Shown in pieces: positions 10,644 to 19,793 of a stretch of DNA of 52,528 nucleotides (within the stretch, counting starts at the first letter, position 1; each line of letters begins with the position of its first letter). The position numbers and the translations under genes are program-made. Source of the DNA: Candidatus Atribacteria bacterium (GTDB lineage: Bacteria > Atribacterota > Atribacteria > Atribacterales > Caldatribacteriaceae); NCBI GenBank assembly GCA_029549715.1, contig JAKPIQ010000193.1, positions 1 to 52,528 of the forward strand, in the 5' to 3' direction. A model generated the notes under the pieces. That model was given only the letters and a program-made list of their open reading frames with translations. It was not told the origin of the DNA and did not search any database.

Positions 10644-11870
10644 TTAATAATACCCGTACTTTTCTACTGCTTCAATGAGAGCGTGCATGTTTTCAACCGG
10701 TGTCTCACTGGGAGCCGTCCCTACCCCCGGAGCAAGTATAAATCCTCCCCCCGGTTTTACCTCTTCCAATAAATTTTTGATGTATTCTTCTATCTTCATT
10801 GGCGTACCGCCTACCAGTAAACCCATAGGAATGCCCCCCATAACACAACTATGACCCTGCAAAACCTTTTTTGCTTTAACTACATCGGTCTTTTCAAAAT
10901 ATGCTATACCCCATCCTTCAGGTAGTTCAAGTATGGTATCCAAATGGGCATCGTGATGACCTTCAAAAAACACGAGGGGCTTGATACCTTCTTCATAAAG
11001 TTTGAGAATAACTGTTTTTAAGTAAGGCCAATAAAACTCGTTATACAATTTAGGCGATAGATACTCATTGAGATGGAGTGGAATCATTGCATATCTGGCT
11101 CCCATATACTTATGATATAGCGCATAATTTGTAATCGGCTCAGTTAGTGCCTCAGCAGCTTTTTTAACTTTATCCGGATATCTATAAATATCTAATACTA
11201 CAGTACCAACTCCTCTCAAGAAATCTCCAATGATATCCAGGGGGGAATATCCCCATCCCATTGGAAAAGGTGGATATCCCAGCTCTGCCGACACCCTGCC
11301 AATTTCACCAGCTGCAGAAAAAAACTTGCTACATTCCATCCCCAACCTCACCCAGGTAGCCATAGCTTTCCGGGGAGTATCTAAATTTGTACAGGCTCGG
11401 GGAAGTATAGTCCCAGCAACAAATCCTACCGGGTCTTCAATTAACTCATCATATTCATCGGGCTCCATGAAAGTGCCCCCAAGGAACTGAGGAGTAGCAT
11501 TTTCATCAAGCTCTCTCCCCGGATACCTGTAGTATTTATCACCTAATACGTCATGCATTGGACCGGTAATAAGCGAGAGAGCGGGGGAAATATCGGGAAA
11601 TTCTGAAAAAGCCACACAAAATATCCGTCCTTCTAAGCCCATCAGCCCAGCCATCGAAGTGTCAAAAGGAAAATCCCTCATAAATTTTTCAATGGCTTTT
11701 ACTGCTTTATCATAGTCGTAACAAAATTCATACTGAGTTATCCCCGCATAAGCAGCTACTATATCTCCCCCCACTCCCCACAGGGGCACTTTATCGGGCT
11801 CTTGTAAATTAATAGCCGCTTCTATACGAGCAAGGCGCTCTTTTGCAAGTTCCTCTGGACTTTTTGCCAT
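10644..11870 (-). CDS. Uroporphyrinogen decarboxylase (UroD/MtaA/MtbA)-family methyltransferase, candidate substrate:corrinoid MT1
   Basis: 408 aa. The N-terminus reads ERLARIEAAINLQEPDKVPLW. The C-terminus reads VKPGGGFILAPGVGTAPSETPVENMHALIEAV, typical of UroD-family corrinoid methyltransferases. A GGAGGGG SD is embedded in the end of the upstream corrinoid-protein gene. Confidence 0.75.
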   Translation of the reverse strand: MAKSPEELAKERLARIEAAINLQEPDKVPLWGVGGDIVAAYAGITQYEFCYDYDKAVKAIEKFMRDFPFDTSMAGLMGLEGRIFCVAFSEFPDISPALSLITGPMHDVLGDKYYRYPGRELDENATPQFLGGTFMEPDEYDELIEDPVGFVAGTILPRACTNLDTPRKAMATWVRLGMECSKFFSAAGEIGRVSAELGYPPFPMGWGYSPLDIIGDFLRGVGTVVLDIYRYPDKVKKAAEALTEPITNYALYHKYMGARYAMIPLHLNEYLSPKLYNEFYWPYLKTVILKLYEEGIKPLVFFEGHHDAHLDTILELPEGWGIAYFEKTDVVKAKKVLQGHSCVMGGIPMGLLVGGTPMKIEEYIKNLLEEVKPGGGFILAPGVGTAPSETPVENMHALIEAVEKYGYY

Positions 11871-11876
11871 CTTTTA

Positions 11877-12506
11877 TCACCCCTCCACCCCTAGTAATTC
11901 TTTACAAATCCTCACCCCTCTTGCTGCATCATCAGACCAGGCATCTGCGCCCACAAACTGCTTCACGCTCTCGTCTACCCTTCCTCCCCCTATTATTATC
12001 TTTATATCCTCTAAACCACTGGCCCTTAATGCCTCTCTGGTCCTTTTCATTGAACTTATACCAGCAGTTATTAAGCAGGACATGCCCACTATATCGGGCT
12101 TGTGTTCTCTTACTGCTTCTACAAATTTTTCTTCTGGTACATCAACACCCAGATCTATCACCTCAAACCCCGCTGCCTGAGCAAAAGCTTTAAATATGTC
12201 TTTACCTATGCTGTGGATGTCATCCTTTACCGTACCGAGGACAATGGTGCCTAATTTTGTAGTTTCACTTTCTTCAAGCAAGGGTAAAACAAACTCCATG
12301 ATGCTTTTAAATATTTCTCCTCCCAGTAACAGTTCAGAAAGAAAATATTCCCCTTTTTCAAACTTCTCTCCTATTGCGTCCATTGCCCTCCTGCAAACTT
12401 CCAGTAACTCTTGAGGTTTACCACCCCTATCTAAATACTCTTTAGCTAGTTTAATCGACCCTTCCTCATCCATATTTACTATTTTGTTGAAAAGCTCCTC
12501 TTGCAC
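11877..12506 (-). CDS. Corrinoid (B12-binding) protein, MtaC/MtbC-like
   Basis: 209 aa with a helical cap domain followed by a Rossmann B12-binding domain. The base-off His-on motif D-x-H-x-x-G is present as DDIHSIGKD. Start is a GTG preceded by a GGGAGG SD. Confidence 0.85.
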   Translation of the reverse strand: MQEELFNKIVNMDEEGSIKLAKEYLDRGGKPQELLEVCRRAMDAIGEKFEKGEYFLSELLLGGEIFKSIMEFVLPLLEESETTKLGTIVLGTVKDDIHSIGKDIFKAFAQAAGFEVIDLGVDVPEEKFVEAVREHKPDIVGMSCLITAGISSMKRTREALRASGLEDIKIIIGGGRVDESVKQFVGADAWSDDAARGVRICKELLGVEG

Positions 12507-12647
12507 CTTACCTCCCCCCTTCTGTTTAGTGTATTCCTAACAATTTAAGATAAGCCCTGAATTCTTTATTCTGCTCCCTCACTCCCTTCAATTATATAGA
12601 TCATATAAACATTTACCCTTATAAAGCTTATTTTATCTCTAAAAATT

Positions 12648-12654
12648 TGTCAAT
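12648..12654. promoter_or_regulatory. Divergent promoter region between the corrinoid-protein operon and the MT2 gene
   Basis: TTGTCAA reads as a -35-like hexamer on both strands: TTGTCA on plus and TTGACA on minus. Plus-strand candidates are TTGAAT-N16-TATTAA. The -10 elements are weak, so the assignment is tentative. Confidence 0.25.
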
Positions 12655-12829
12655 GTTTTGAATTTCTCCCCACTCATTGTATTAATCTTCTATTGAGATT
12701 TATAAATCACCATAGAAGAGCCAGCTATTTCTTGAAAAGAGGCTAAAAGTAACCTAAATGTTCATATAAAATATCATATAATTATTATATATTAAAAAGC
12801 GCTATCCATACCCCAAAGGAGAGATAAAA

Positions 12830-13636
12830 ATGGTCATTATCGGAGAGAAAATCAATGGCGCTATTCCCAGCGTTCAAAAAGCCATAGCACAGAGAAATGA
12901 AAACTTTATACGAGACTTAGCGATAAAACAGGTAGAAGCAGGAGCTGACTACATTGATGTGTGTGCAGGAACCACACCGGATGTGGAGTTTGAAACTCTA
13001 AAATGGTTAATGGACCTAGTTCAAGATGCAGTAGATAAACCTTTATGTATTGACAGTCCCCACCCCACCATAATCGAACAAGTATTCGAATACGCACAAC
13101 AGCCGGGAATCATCAACTCTGTATCAGGAGAGGGAAATAAATGTGAAGTAATTTATCCTCTTATTCAGGGAACTCAGTGGCAGGTTATAGCCCTAACTTG
13201 CGATAGTAGAGGAATACCGGCCGATGTACAAACCAGAATAGACATTGCCAAATCATTGGTGGAAAAAGCCCAAAAATATGATATTAAACCTGAGCGAATC
13301 TATATAGATCCTTTAGTCGTAGCGCTTGCTACTGACTACCAGGCAGCACAAAAGTTTGTGGAAACACTTACCGCTGTCAAACAATTATATCCAGACATCA
13401 AAACTACTGCAGGCCTCAGTAATATTTCTTTCGGAATGCCTTTGAGAAAAACAATTAATCATGCCTTTCTTACCGTAGCCATTTTTGCCGGAATGGACTC
13501 TGCAATTATGGATCCCTGTAACAGAGAGACAAAAACAGCCCTTCTCTCTGCTGAGGCTATAGCAGGTCGAGATAAATACTGCAGAAATTTTCTCAATGCT
13601 TATCGAAAGGGCCTGATTGGCCCCTCCCGATTTTAG
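12830..13636 (+). CDS. Pterin-binding methyltetrahydrofolate:corrinoid methyltransferase (MT2; MeTr/AcsE/MtrH-like, DHPS-like TIM barrel)
   Basis: 268 aa. VIIGEKINGAIPSVQKAI...AGADYIDVCAG...CIDSP...GLSNISFGMP...MDSAIMDP is characteristic of the pterin-binding methyltransferase family. Confidence 0.8.
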   Translation: MVIIGEKINGAIPSVQKAIAQRNENFIRDLAIKQVEAGADYIDVCAGTTPDVEFETLKWLMDLVQDAVDKPLCIDSPHPTIIEQVFEYAQQPGIINSVSGEGNKCEVIYPLIQGTQWQVIALTCDSRGIPADVQTRIDIAKSLVEKAQKYDIKPERIYIDPLVVALATDYQAAQKFVETLTAVKQLYPDIKTTAGLSNISFGMPLRKTINHAFLTVAIFAGMDSAIMDPCNRETKTALLSAEAIAGRDKYCRNFLNAYRKGLIGPSRF

Positions 13637-13724
13637 CTACTCTTTACCAGTACTTGATAGACACAGGCTGGTAGAAAAAGCTGGCTTACAGATTTCCCCT
13701 TCTAAAACTCCGTGAAACTACACT

Positions 13725-13760
13725 AAGTAATGAAAGGGGGCGAGCCCCCTTTCATTACTT
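13725..13760. terminator. Bidirectional hairpin terminator between the convergent MT2 and dnaK genes
   Basis: Perfect 16-bp stem: AAGTAATGAAAGGGGG, loop CGAG, CCCCCTTTCATTACTT. It sits between the stop codons at 13636 (+) and 13768 (-). The flanks are moderately T-rich. Confidence 0.7.
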
Positions 13761-13767
13761 ATTTGCA

Positions 13768-15684
13768 TTATTTGGTGTCGTCGTCATCTACTACTCGGTA
13801 GTCGGCATCAACTACATCATCGTCTTGAGTAGCTTCGCTTGAGCCACCAGCCTGGCTGGAAGCAGAAGCTTCCGATTGAGCAGTTTGTTGATAAAGCTCT
13901 TGCGCCATAGCGTGGGAAGCATTTTGCAAATCATCCATTTTTCTTCTGATGTCAGCTATATCATCTTTACCCATAGCTTCCTTTAGAGCACTAAGAGCAT
14001 TTTCTACCTGAGCCCTTACTCCAGGAGATAACCTGTCTCCTGATTCTCGCAGGCTTTTCTCTACAGTGTAAACCAGGTTATCAGCCTGGTTGCGAACTTC
14101 AACCTCTTCTTGTTTACGACGGTCTTCTTCAGCGTGAAGCTCCGCTTCTCTGATCATCCGGTCAATATCTTCTTTGGAAAGACCGCTAGATGCTTTAATA
14201 GTAATAGCCTGTTCTCTATTAGTAGCCAGGTCTTTAGCTGATACATGCAAAATACCATCAGCATCAATATCAAACTTCACCTCAATCTGAGGCACCCCTC
14301 GGGGAGCAGGAGGAATACCAGTGAGCTGGAATCTGCCCAAAGAAACGTTATCCCGAGCCATAGGTCGTTCTCCTTGCAAGACGTGAACTTCCACTGTAGT
14401 CTGATCATCTGCAGCAGTGGTGAAAATCTGGCTCTTAGAAACGGGAATAGTGGTGTTACGTTCGATTATTTTAGTAAATACTCCTCCTAAAGTCTCAATC
14501 CCCAAAGAAAGAGGAGTGACATCCAGGAGAAGTACGTCTTTTACCTCTCCTCCTAACACTCCCGCTTGAATAGCTGCTCCTATTGCTACCACTTCATCAG
14601 GGTTGACTCCTCTTCGAGGTTCTTTCTTGAATATTTTTTCCACTATTTCCTGAACCTTGGGCATACGAGTCATTCCACCTACTAAAACCACGGCATCAAT
14701 GTCCTCTGGCTTCAGGCCAGCATCTTGCAAAGCCCGCTCACAAGGACCGATGGTTCTTTCAATAAGGTCCATAGTCAACTGCTCTAATTTTGCCCGAGTT
14801 AGAGTCATCACCAGATGCTTAGGACCACTGGCATCAGCGGTAATGAAAGGCAAGTTTATCTCGGTCTGCAAAGCAGTAGAAAGCTCACATTTGGCCTTTT
14901 CTGCTGCTTCTTTTAACCTCTGGAGAGCCATCTGGTCTCCTCGTAAATCAATGCCCTGGTCCTTCCTGAATTCATCGATAATGTAGTCCATTACCCTTCG
15001 GTCGAAATCATCTCCGCCTAAGAAAGTATCTCCAGAGGTAGACTTTACTTCAAACACTCCCTCTCCAATTTCCAGAATGGAGATATCAAAAGTTCCGCCG
15101 CCTAAGTCGTAAACAGCGATTACTTCTTCTTTATCTTTGCCTAATCCATAAGCCAGAGAAGCAGCAGTAGGCTCATTGATGATTCTCTTTACCTCTAAGC
15201 CGGCAATTTTTCCTGCATCTTTGGTAGCCTGTCTCTGACTATCATTGAAGTAGGCAGGTACAGTTATTACCGCTTCAGTGATTTTTTCTCCCAGATATTC
15301 TTCAGCGTCTTCCTTCATCTTCCGCAAAATCATAGCGGAAATTTCTGGAGGAGTATAAACTCGACCTCCCGCTTTTATGCACGCTTCCCCATGTTCACCA
15401 GGAACAATTTCATAAGGTAAAACTTTGCGTGCTCTTTCCACTTCCGGGTCATCATAACGACGTCCCATTAACCGTTTAATAGAATATATAGTATTTTTAG
15501 GGTTAGTTATAGCTTGCCTTTTAGCTAACTGCCCCACTAATATCTCACCATTTTTGGTGAAGGCCACTACCGACGGAGTAAGGCGAGATCCCTCTTTATT
15601 GGGAATAATTACTGGCTGTCCCGCCTCCAGATATGCTACTGCTGAGTTAGTAGTGCCTAAGTCTATACCAATTATTTTAGCCAT
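13768..15684 (-). CDS. dnaK: Molecular chaperone DnaK (Hsp70)
   Basis: Motifs [18 protein letters not shown] and [10 protein letters not shown], plus an acidic C-terminal tail. The ORF track begins at 15693. AGGAGG at 15694-15699 is spaced 9 nt from the ATG at 15684 ([10 protein letters not shown]). Confidence 0.97.
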   Translation of the reverse strand: MAKIIGIDLGTTNSAVAYLEAGQPVIIPNKEGSRLTPSVVAFTKNGEILVGQLAKRQAITNPKNTIYSIKRLMGRRYDDPEVERARKVLPYEIVPGEHGEACIKAGGRVYTPPEISAMILRKMKEDAEEYLGEKITEAVITVPAYFNDSQRQATKDAGKIAGLEVKRIINEPTAASLAYGLGKDKEEVIAVYDLGGGTFDISILEIGEGVFEVKSTSGDTFLGGDDFDRRVMDYIIDEFRKDQGIDLRGDQMALQRLKEAAEKAKCELSTALQTEINLPFITADASGPKHLVMTLTRAKLEQLTMDLIERTIGPCERALQDAGLKPEDIDAVVLVGGMTRMPKVQEIVEKIFKKEPRRGVNPDEVVAIGAAIQAGVLGGEVKDVLLLDVTPLSLGIETLGGVFTKIIERNTTIPVSKSQIFTTAADDQTTVEVHVLQGERPMARDNVSLGRFQLTGIPPAPRGVPQIEVKFDIDADGILHVSAKDLATNREQAITIKASSGLSKEDIDRMIREAELHAEEDRRKQEEVEVRNQADNLVYTVEKSLRESGDRLSPGVRAQVENALSALKEAMGKDDIADIRRKMDDLQNASHAMAQELYQQTAQSEASASSQAGGSSEATQDDDVVDADYRVVDDDDTK

Positions 15685-15698
15685 TTTCATCATCCTCC

Positions 15699-16283
15699 TT
15701 AAGCTATAAAATCTTCAGAAATTCTATTTACTCTTACTTGAGCAGGACGTAAAACTTCGTCCTGATAAAGATAGCCACGGCGCATCTCTTCTACTATTTC
15801 ATAATCTTCATAATCAGGAAGGCATACCGTAGCAACTGCTTCATGATATTTAGGATCAAACTTTTGCCCTTCAGTTTCAATGGGCTTAACTCCTTCTTTC
15901 TCCAGAGTATTTAAGAACTTACGATAAATTAATTCTATTCCCTGAACCATAGCTTCATCTATATTTTTGGCCTTTGCTTCTCGTATAGCTCTCTCCATAT
16001 CATCCAGAATAGGCAAAAGTTTGGATATAAGGTCTCGATTAGCTTTCTTTACAAAATCTTGCCGGAAGAGAGTTTCTCTTTTGCGAAAATTATCAAAATC
16101 AGCCTTAAGTCTCTTCAGGTCATTCAAATAATCACTGATCAGCTCTTCTTTTTCCTCTATTATCCTTTTCTGCTCTTCTATCAGAGAATTCAGCTCTTCG
16201 ATTTCCGAGAGACTCACTTCTCCCAGCTCCTTATCCTGGCTTCCGCCTTCGGGCTCCTTAAGCATTTCTTTTTCTTCTGTCAA
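15699..16283 (-). CDS. grpE: Nucleotide exchange factor GrpE
   Basis: 194 aa with a coiled-coil N-terminus and a C-terminal [18 protein letters not shown] motif. Start is a TTG preceded by GGAAGGAGGG 8 nt upstream. The gene lies immediately upstream of dnaK. Confidence 0.9.
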   Translation of the reverse strand: MTEEKEMLKEPEGGSQDKELGEVSLSEIEELNSLIEEQKRIIEEKEELISDYLNDLKRLKADFDNFRKRETLFRQDFVKKANRDLISKLLPILDDMERAIREAKAKNIDEAMVQGIELIYRKFLNTLEKEGVKPIETEGQKFDPKYHEAVATVCLPDYEDYEIVEEMRRGYLYQDEVLRPAQVRVNRISEDFIA

Positions 16284-16339
16284 GGCTGCCGCCCTCCTTC
16301 CTTACCCAATTTCAAACTTTTACCTTCTTCGACTATCAA

Positions 16340-16368
16340 ATTAAACCACCAATTTGGGCTTTTGTCAA
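16340..16368 (-). promoter_or_regulatory. Sigma-70-type promoter for grpE-dnaK
   Basis: The minus strand reads TTGACA (16368-16363), a 17-nt spacer, then TTTAAT (16345-16340). This is about 55 nt upstream of the grpE start. Confidence 0.5.
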
Positions 16369-16440
16369 GTAAGGTCAAAAAATTCTTCCCCCGATGGGGG
16401 CACTTTTTACGCCCCCTAAAAATCTCTTTTTTTCTCTTCA

Positions 16441-16449
16441 TGGTAAAAT
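16441..16449 (+). promoter_or_regulatory. Extended -10 promoter element (TGGTAAAAT) for the DUF4416-like gene
   Basis: TGGTAAAAT lies 30 nt upstream of the ATG at 16479. The identical nonamer occurs upstream of the encapsulin operon at 40261-40269 on the minus strand. Confidence 0.4.
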
Positions 16450-16478
16450 TGATAAAAATATAAGAAGAGGAAAGTAAA

Positions 16479-17024
16479 ATGGGAAAAATTAGAGAACCCC
16501 AGCCGGTTAAATTATTCATTGCTACCCTTTATGAAGAAAAAAAGGTATTAGAAAATATCTTACCCCAGCTTGAAGAGCGATGGGGAAAAATAGAATGGAT
16601 AAGCGAAGAGATTCCCTTTACTTATACCAATTATTATCGAGATATCGGAGAGAGATTAAAAAGAGTATTTATAGTCTTTAAATCCTTAGTTGATCCTGGA
16701 TGTTTGGCAGACATAAAAGTTGCCACTAACCAGATAGAAGAAACCACTCAAGAAGAGGGAAAAGAAAGAAAAATCAATTTAGACCCTGGTTATTTCGACG
16801 GGGGGAAAATTGTACTGGCCAGTACTAAAAACTTCTCTCATCGGGTTTATCTCCGCCGGGGGATATATGCTGAAGCTACCATTAAATGGGAAAAAGGAGA
16901 TTTCCGTCCTTTCCCCTATACTTATCCTGACTACCAGAGCCCCGAATATCGCCCCATCCTCCGAAAAATCAGAGAGCTTTATCAAAGGTCTCTACACCAA
17001 AAAGACGCCGATAATAAAGATTAG
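16479..17024 (+). CDS. Conserved hypothetical protein, DUF4416-like
   Basis: 181 aa. The N-terminal REPQPVKLFIATLY and overall size resemble DUF4416 as I recall it. An AGAGGAAAG SD is present. The 3' end overlaps the convergent msbA by 56 nt. Confidence 0.45.
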   Translation: MGKIREPQPVKLFIATLYEEKKVLENILPQLEERWGKIEWISEEIPFTYTNYYRDIGERLKRVFIVFKSLVDPGCLADIKVATNQIEETTQEEGKERKINLDPGYFDGGKIVLASTKNFSHRVYLRRGIYAEATIKWEKGDFRPFPYTYPDYQSPEYRPILRKIRELYQRSLHQKDADNKD

Positions 17025-18708
17025 ATTCCAAAAGCTCCTCGTGTGTTCCATCACCTTTAACTCTTCCATCTTCAATGACGATAATCCGGTCTAAATCTCT
17101 TACCATACTCCAGGAATGAGCCACTACTATTACTATCTTATCTTTCTCGATATTGGCAATGGTATCTAAAATACATTTCTCCGATTCGGGATCCAGATTA
17201 GAAGTAGCCTCATCAAAAATCAAAATGGGAGGATCTTTTAGCAAAGCCCGAGCAATGGCGATTCTCTGCTTTTGTCCTCCGGAGAAGCGAGTTCCTCCTT
17301 CTCCCACTTCAGTATCATAGCCTTTCTCCAGATGGACAATAAATTCATGAGCATGAGCCCGAATAGAGGCAAGGCGCACCTCTTCTGAGGTAGCACTTAA
17401 GTTTCCATAGAGAATGTTTTCTCTTATCGTGCCCCCTAAAATCAGGGTATCCTGTAACACTACCCCCATCAAATCCCTCAACGAGGAAAAAGTCAATTCC
17501 CGAATGTCAACACCATCAATTTCTATACTCCCCTCCTCCGGGTCATAAAAACGGAGAAGCAGGTTAATCAACGTACTCTTTCCCGCTCCACTTCGCCCCA
17601 CTATCCCCACTTTTTCTCCTTTTTTGATTTCCAGATTAAAATTTTCCAGCACCTTTTCTTCCTGGTAAGAAAAAGAAACATCCTTAAATTTGATCCCTTC
17701 TTGCAAAGAAGCTATTTCTTTTTGTCCTTCCATTTCTTTACCCCACAAAGGAAGATCCAGAAAATCAAAGAGTCGCTCAGCAGAAGCCAAACTCTGCTGG
17801 AGAGTCTGGAAACTGCTGGAAAAACGAGAAAGAGGGGTGGAAGCAGTAATTAAATATCCCAGAAAGGCTATTAACTCACCGGTAGTAAGACTACCCTGGA
17901 TAACTGCTCTTCCGCCATACAATAAAACAGCAGTAACACCACAGGCAGAGACCAGCTCTACCAAAGGGGTAAGTAACGCCTTAGCTCGAACTTGCTTCAT
18001 GGCCAGATCAAAGCTGGCCTCATTTTCTGCCTCGAATTTTTCGATTTCATAATTGCCAGTCATGTAAGATTGAAAAATTTTCATACCCGCCATTGCTCGC
18101 TCCACCAGAGAAGCCAGTGACGCTACTCTTTTTTGCAAGAGATGAGAAGCTCCCTTAACCTTCTTTCCCAAATACTCTACGCTAAAGCCCACCAGAGGTA
18201 AAACTGCTACTGAAAATAGAGCCAGCTTCCAGTGAATAAGAAACAGCAAAATTATAGAGCCAGAAAAAATAAAAAAGTCCATAAACAGGTTAACAAAAGT
18301 ATTAGAAAAAAGATTCTGTAAAATCGCCACGTCATTGGTGAGGCGAGATACTACTTCTCCTGCCGGATTATCGCGGAAAAAAGAGGTAGGAAGAAAATAA
18401 AGGTGCTGATACAACTCAGAGCGGAGACCAGTGGTGGCCCGGAATCCAGAAAAAGAAACCCACAAGTTTTGAAGATAAGAAGCTAATCCCTTAAGGAAAA
18501 AAAGAACTACCGCCCCCAGAGCAATAAAGAGAAGAAGGCGGCTGTTTTTTCCTATCAGAGCATTATCAATGGCTCCTTTAACCAGCCAGGGAATAACCAA
18601 ATTAAATCCTGCTCCCAAAAGAGCCATGATAAAGGCGCCTATCACATAGGCTTTATAAGGGCGAAGATAGTCCCAGATCCGGCTAAAAGTACTACTTTGC
18701 TTTTCCAT
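16969..18708 (-). CDS. msbA: Lipid A/lipid export ABC transporter MsbA-like (fused permease-ATPase, homodimer type)
   Basis: Walker A GRSGAGKST, signature FSGGQKQR, Walker B ILIFDEATS and H-loop VAHS. It is the last gene of the lpx cluster. The longest ORF starts at a TTG (18723). A GGAGAG SD favours the ATG at 18708 (MEKQSS). Confidence 0.8.
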   Translation of the reverse strand: MEKQSSTFSRIWDYLRPYKAYVIGAFIMALLGAGFNLVIPWLVKGAIDNALIGKNSRLLLFIALGAVVLFFLKGLASYLQNLWVSFSGFRATTGLRSELYQHLYFLPTSFFRDNPAGEVVSRLTNDVAILQNLFSNTFVNLFMDFFIFSGSIILLFLIHWKLALFSVAVLPLVGFSVEYLGKKVKGASHLLQKRVASLASLVERAMAGMKIFQSYMTGNYEIEKFEAENEASFDLAMKQVRAKALLTPLVELVSACGVTAVLLYGGRAVIQGSLTTGELIAFLGYLITASTPLSRFSSSFQTLQQSLASAERLFDFLDLPLWGKEMEGQKEIASLQEGIKFKDVSFSYQEEKVLENFNLEIKKGEKVGIVGRSGAGKSTLINLLLRFYDPEEGSIEIDGVDIRELTFSSLRDLMGVVLQDTLILGGTIRENILYGNLSATSEEVRLASIRAHAHEFIVHLEKGYDTEVGEGGTRFSGGQKQRIAIARALLKDPPILIFDEATSNLDPESEKCILDTIANIEKDKIVIVVAHSWSMVRDLDRIIVIEDGRVKGDGTHEELLESNLYYRRLFGVETFDKAL

Positions 18709-19777
18709 TGGCCCACTCTCCAATCATTCCCGCCAGACGCTGGGAAGCATTGCGGGGAAATAATTCGGGAGGAAAATAAATATCTGGTTCTTTATTCAAC
18801 ATCTCTTCTATGGTTTCCAGCACTTCTAACACCGACAGATCCCCTCTTAATTCTCTCAATACCTCTCTATCTAAAAGTTCATTAGGAAGAGAAATCCACT
18901 TTCTCTTCCTAACTGATTTCTTTACCAATTTCTCTTTTACTATTTTACCCCAAAAAGGAATTTTTTCTAAGAGGAACATGGGACCTTCTACAGGTATTTT
19001 TTCCAATCCCCAGAAAGGAAGAATAACTATGCCTCTCTTTCCTCGATAAGCAATCTCTAAGTTATTAGAACCAGGAACAGTAATTATTAAATCAGCTTCT
19101 TCCATCAAAGAGGAAGTCTGGCCAAAAAAGGAGTGAAAAAAAGAGGGCATCGCTTCTAATTCTGGTATATCGCAAAAATTATAGTGGTCAGGAAACCCCA
19201 AAGCCAGGGAAGCTCCCTCATAAACTCGAGTGAGCTCTTTTCCTATCTGTGAGAAAAAAGGTAATAAATAAGGATAAAACACTTTTCTGCTACCCGGCAG
19301 AAAAAGAAAACGGGGAGAGCCAGGAGGGAAAACACCAGAAGTAAAAAGAGACACAGAAGAAAAAAGCAAATCCCCTAAAAATATTTTCCTATCAAAATCG
19401 AGCCTCTCAAAATCGGGCAAAAATCGAGCCAGATACAAGTCCACCTTTTGCAACCATTTGAAATAACCGCCGTATACCCAAAGAGGAAAACCCGTTCTGC
19501 GCTTTAGTAAAACGGCATAAAATAAATCTCCTCCTAAATAAAGAATCAAACCCGGAAAGGGGAGTTTTTTCCTTCCTAAGCAAAACCGCACTGTCTCTCG
19601 AGGAGAAAAAACCTCCTCCACCAAAGGATAAGTTTTTACCACTTCTTCTTCTCGACCGGTACTAAACTGGCAAGGAGGAACATAAACCCACACTCGAGGA
19701 GGAAAGGGTTGATGAGAAAGGTCGCACAAGAGCGGATACAACCAATAATATACCTCTCCCGGGCTATTCACAGTCAC
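18692..19777 (-). CDS. Divergent lipid-A-disaccharide synthase (GT19, LpxB)-related protein
   Basis: 361 aa. LpxB-like landmarks are NSPGEVYYW (compare the GEASGD region), LPGSRKV, ITVPGSNNLEIA (compare SGTxTLE) and WISLPNELLDREVLRELRGD (compare VSLPNLLAGRELVPEL). Start is a GTG with no obvious SD, 16 nt after the lpxB stop. Confidence 0.55.
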   Translation of the reverse strand: MTVNSPGEVYYWLYPLLCDLSHQPFPPRVWVYVPPCQFSTGREEEVVKTYPLVEEVFSPRETVRFCLGRKKLPFPGLILYLGGDLFYAVLLKRRTGFPLWVYGGYFKWLQKVDLYLARFLPDFERLDFDRKIFLGDLLFSSVSLFTSGVFPPGSPRFLFLPGSRKVFYPYLLPFFSQIGKELTRVYEGASLALGFPDHYNFCDIPELEAMPSFFHSFFGQTSSLMEEADLIITVPGSNNLEIAYRGKRGIVILPFWGLEKIPVEGPMFLLEKIPFWGKIVKEKLVKKSVRKRKWISLPNELLDREVLRELRGDLSVLEVLETIEEMLNKEPDIYFPPELFPRNASQRLAGMIGEWANGKAK

Positions 19778-19793
19778 GAGTAATAAAGGACGA

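Noticed and set aside
13637-13767. Possible genomic-island or assembly boundary: the flanks (1-13.7 kb and beyond 50 kb) seem to use more ATA and CGC codons than the central block
   Set aside because: Hand counts of sampled 60-nt lines gave about 42-43% GC in both flank and centre. CpG-rich stretches also occur in the centre, for example in dnaK. I found no direct repeats, tRNA, integrase or transposase at either boundary. Proper codon-usage or k-mer statistics are needed before making any claim.
16059-16463. 134-aa plus-strand ORF overlapping grpE and its promoter region
   Set aside because: It is antisense to a well-supported grpE and has Phe/Leu-rich low-complexity sequence. It spans the intergenic promoter region and has no SD.
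16284-16478. Searched for a CIRCE (HrcA) operator upstream of grpE
   Set aside because: No TTAGCACTC-N9-GAGTGCTAA-like repeat is present. The only palindrome (GGGGGC-N9-GCCCCC at about 16393-16413) does not resemble CIRCE and lies upstream of the grpE promoter.
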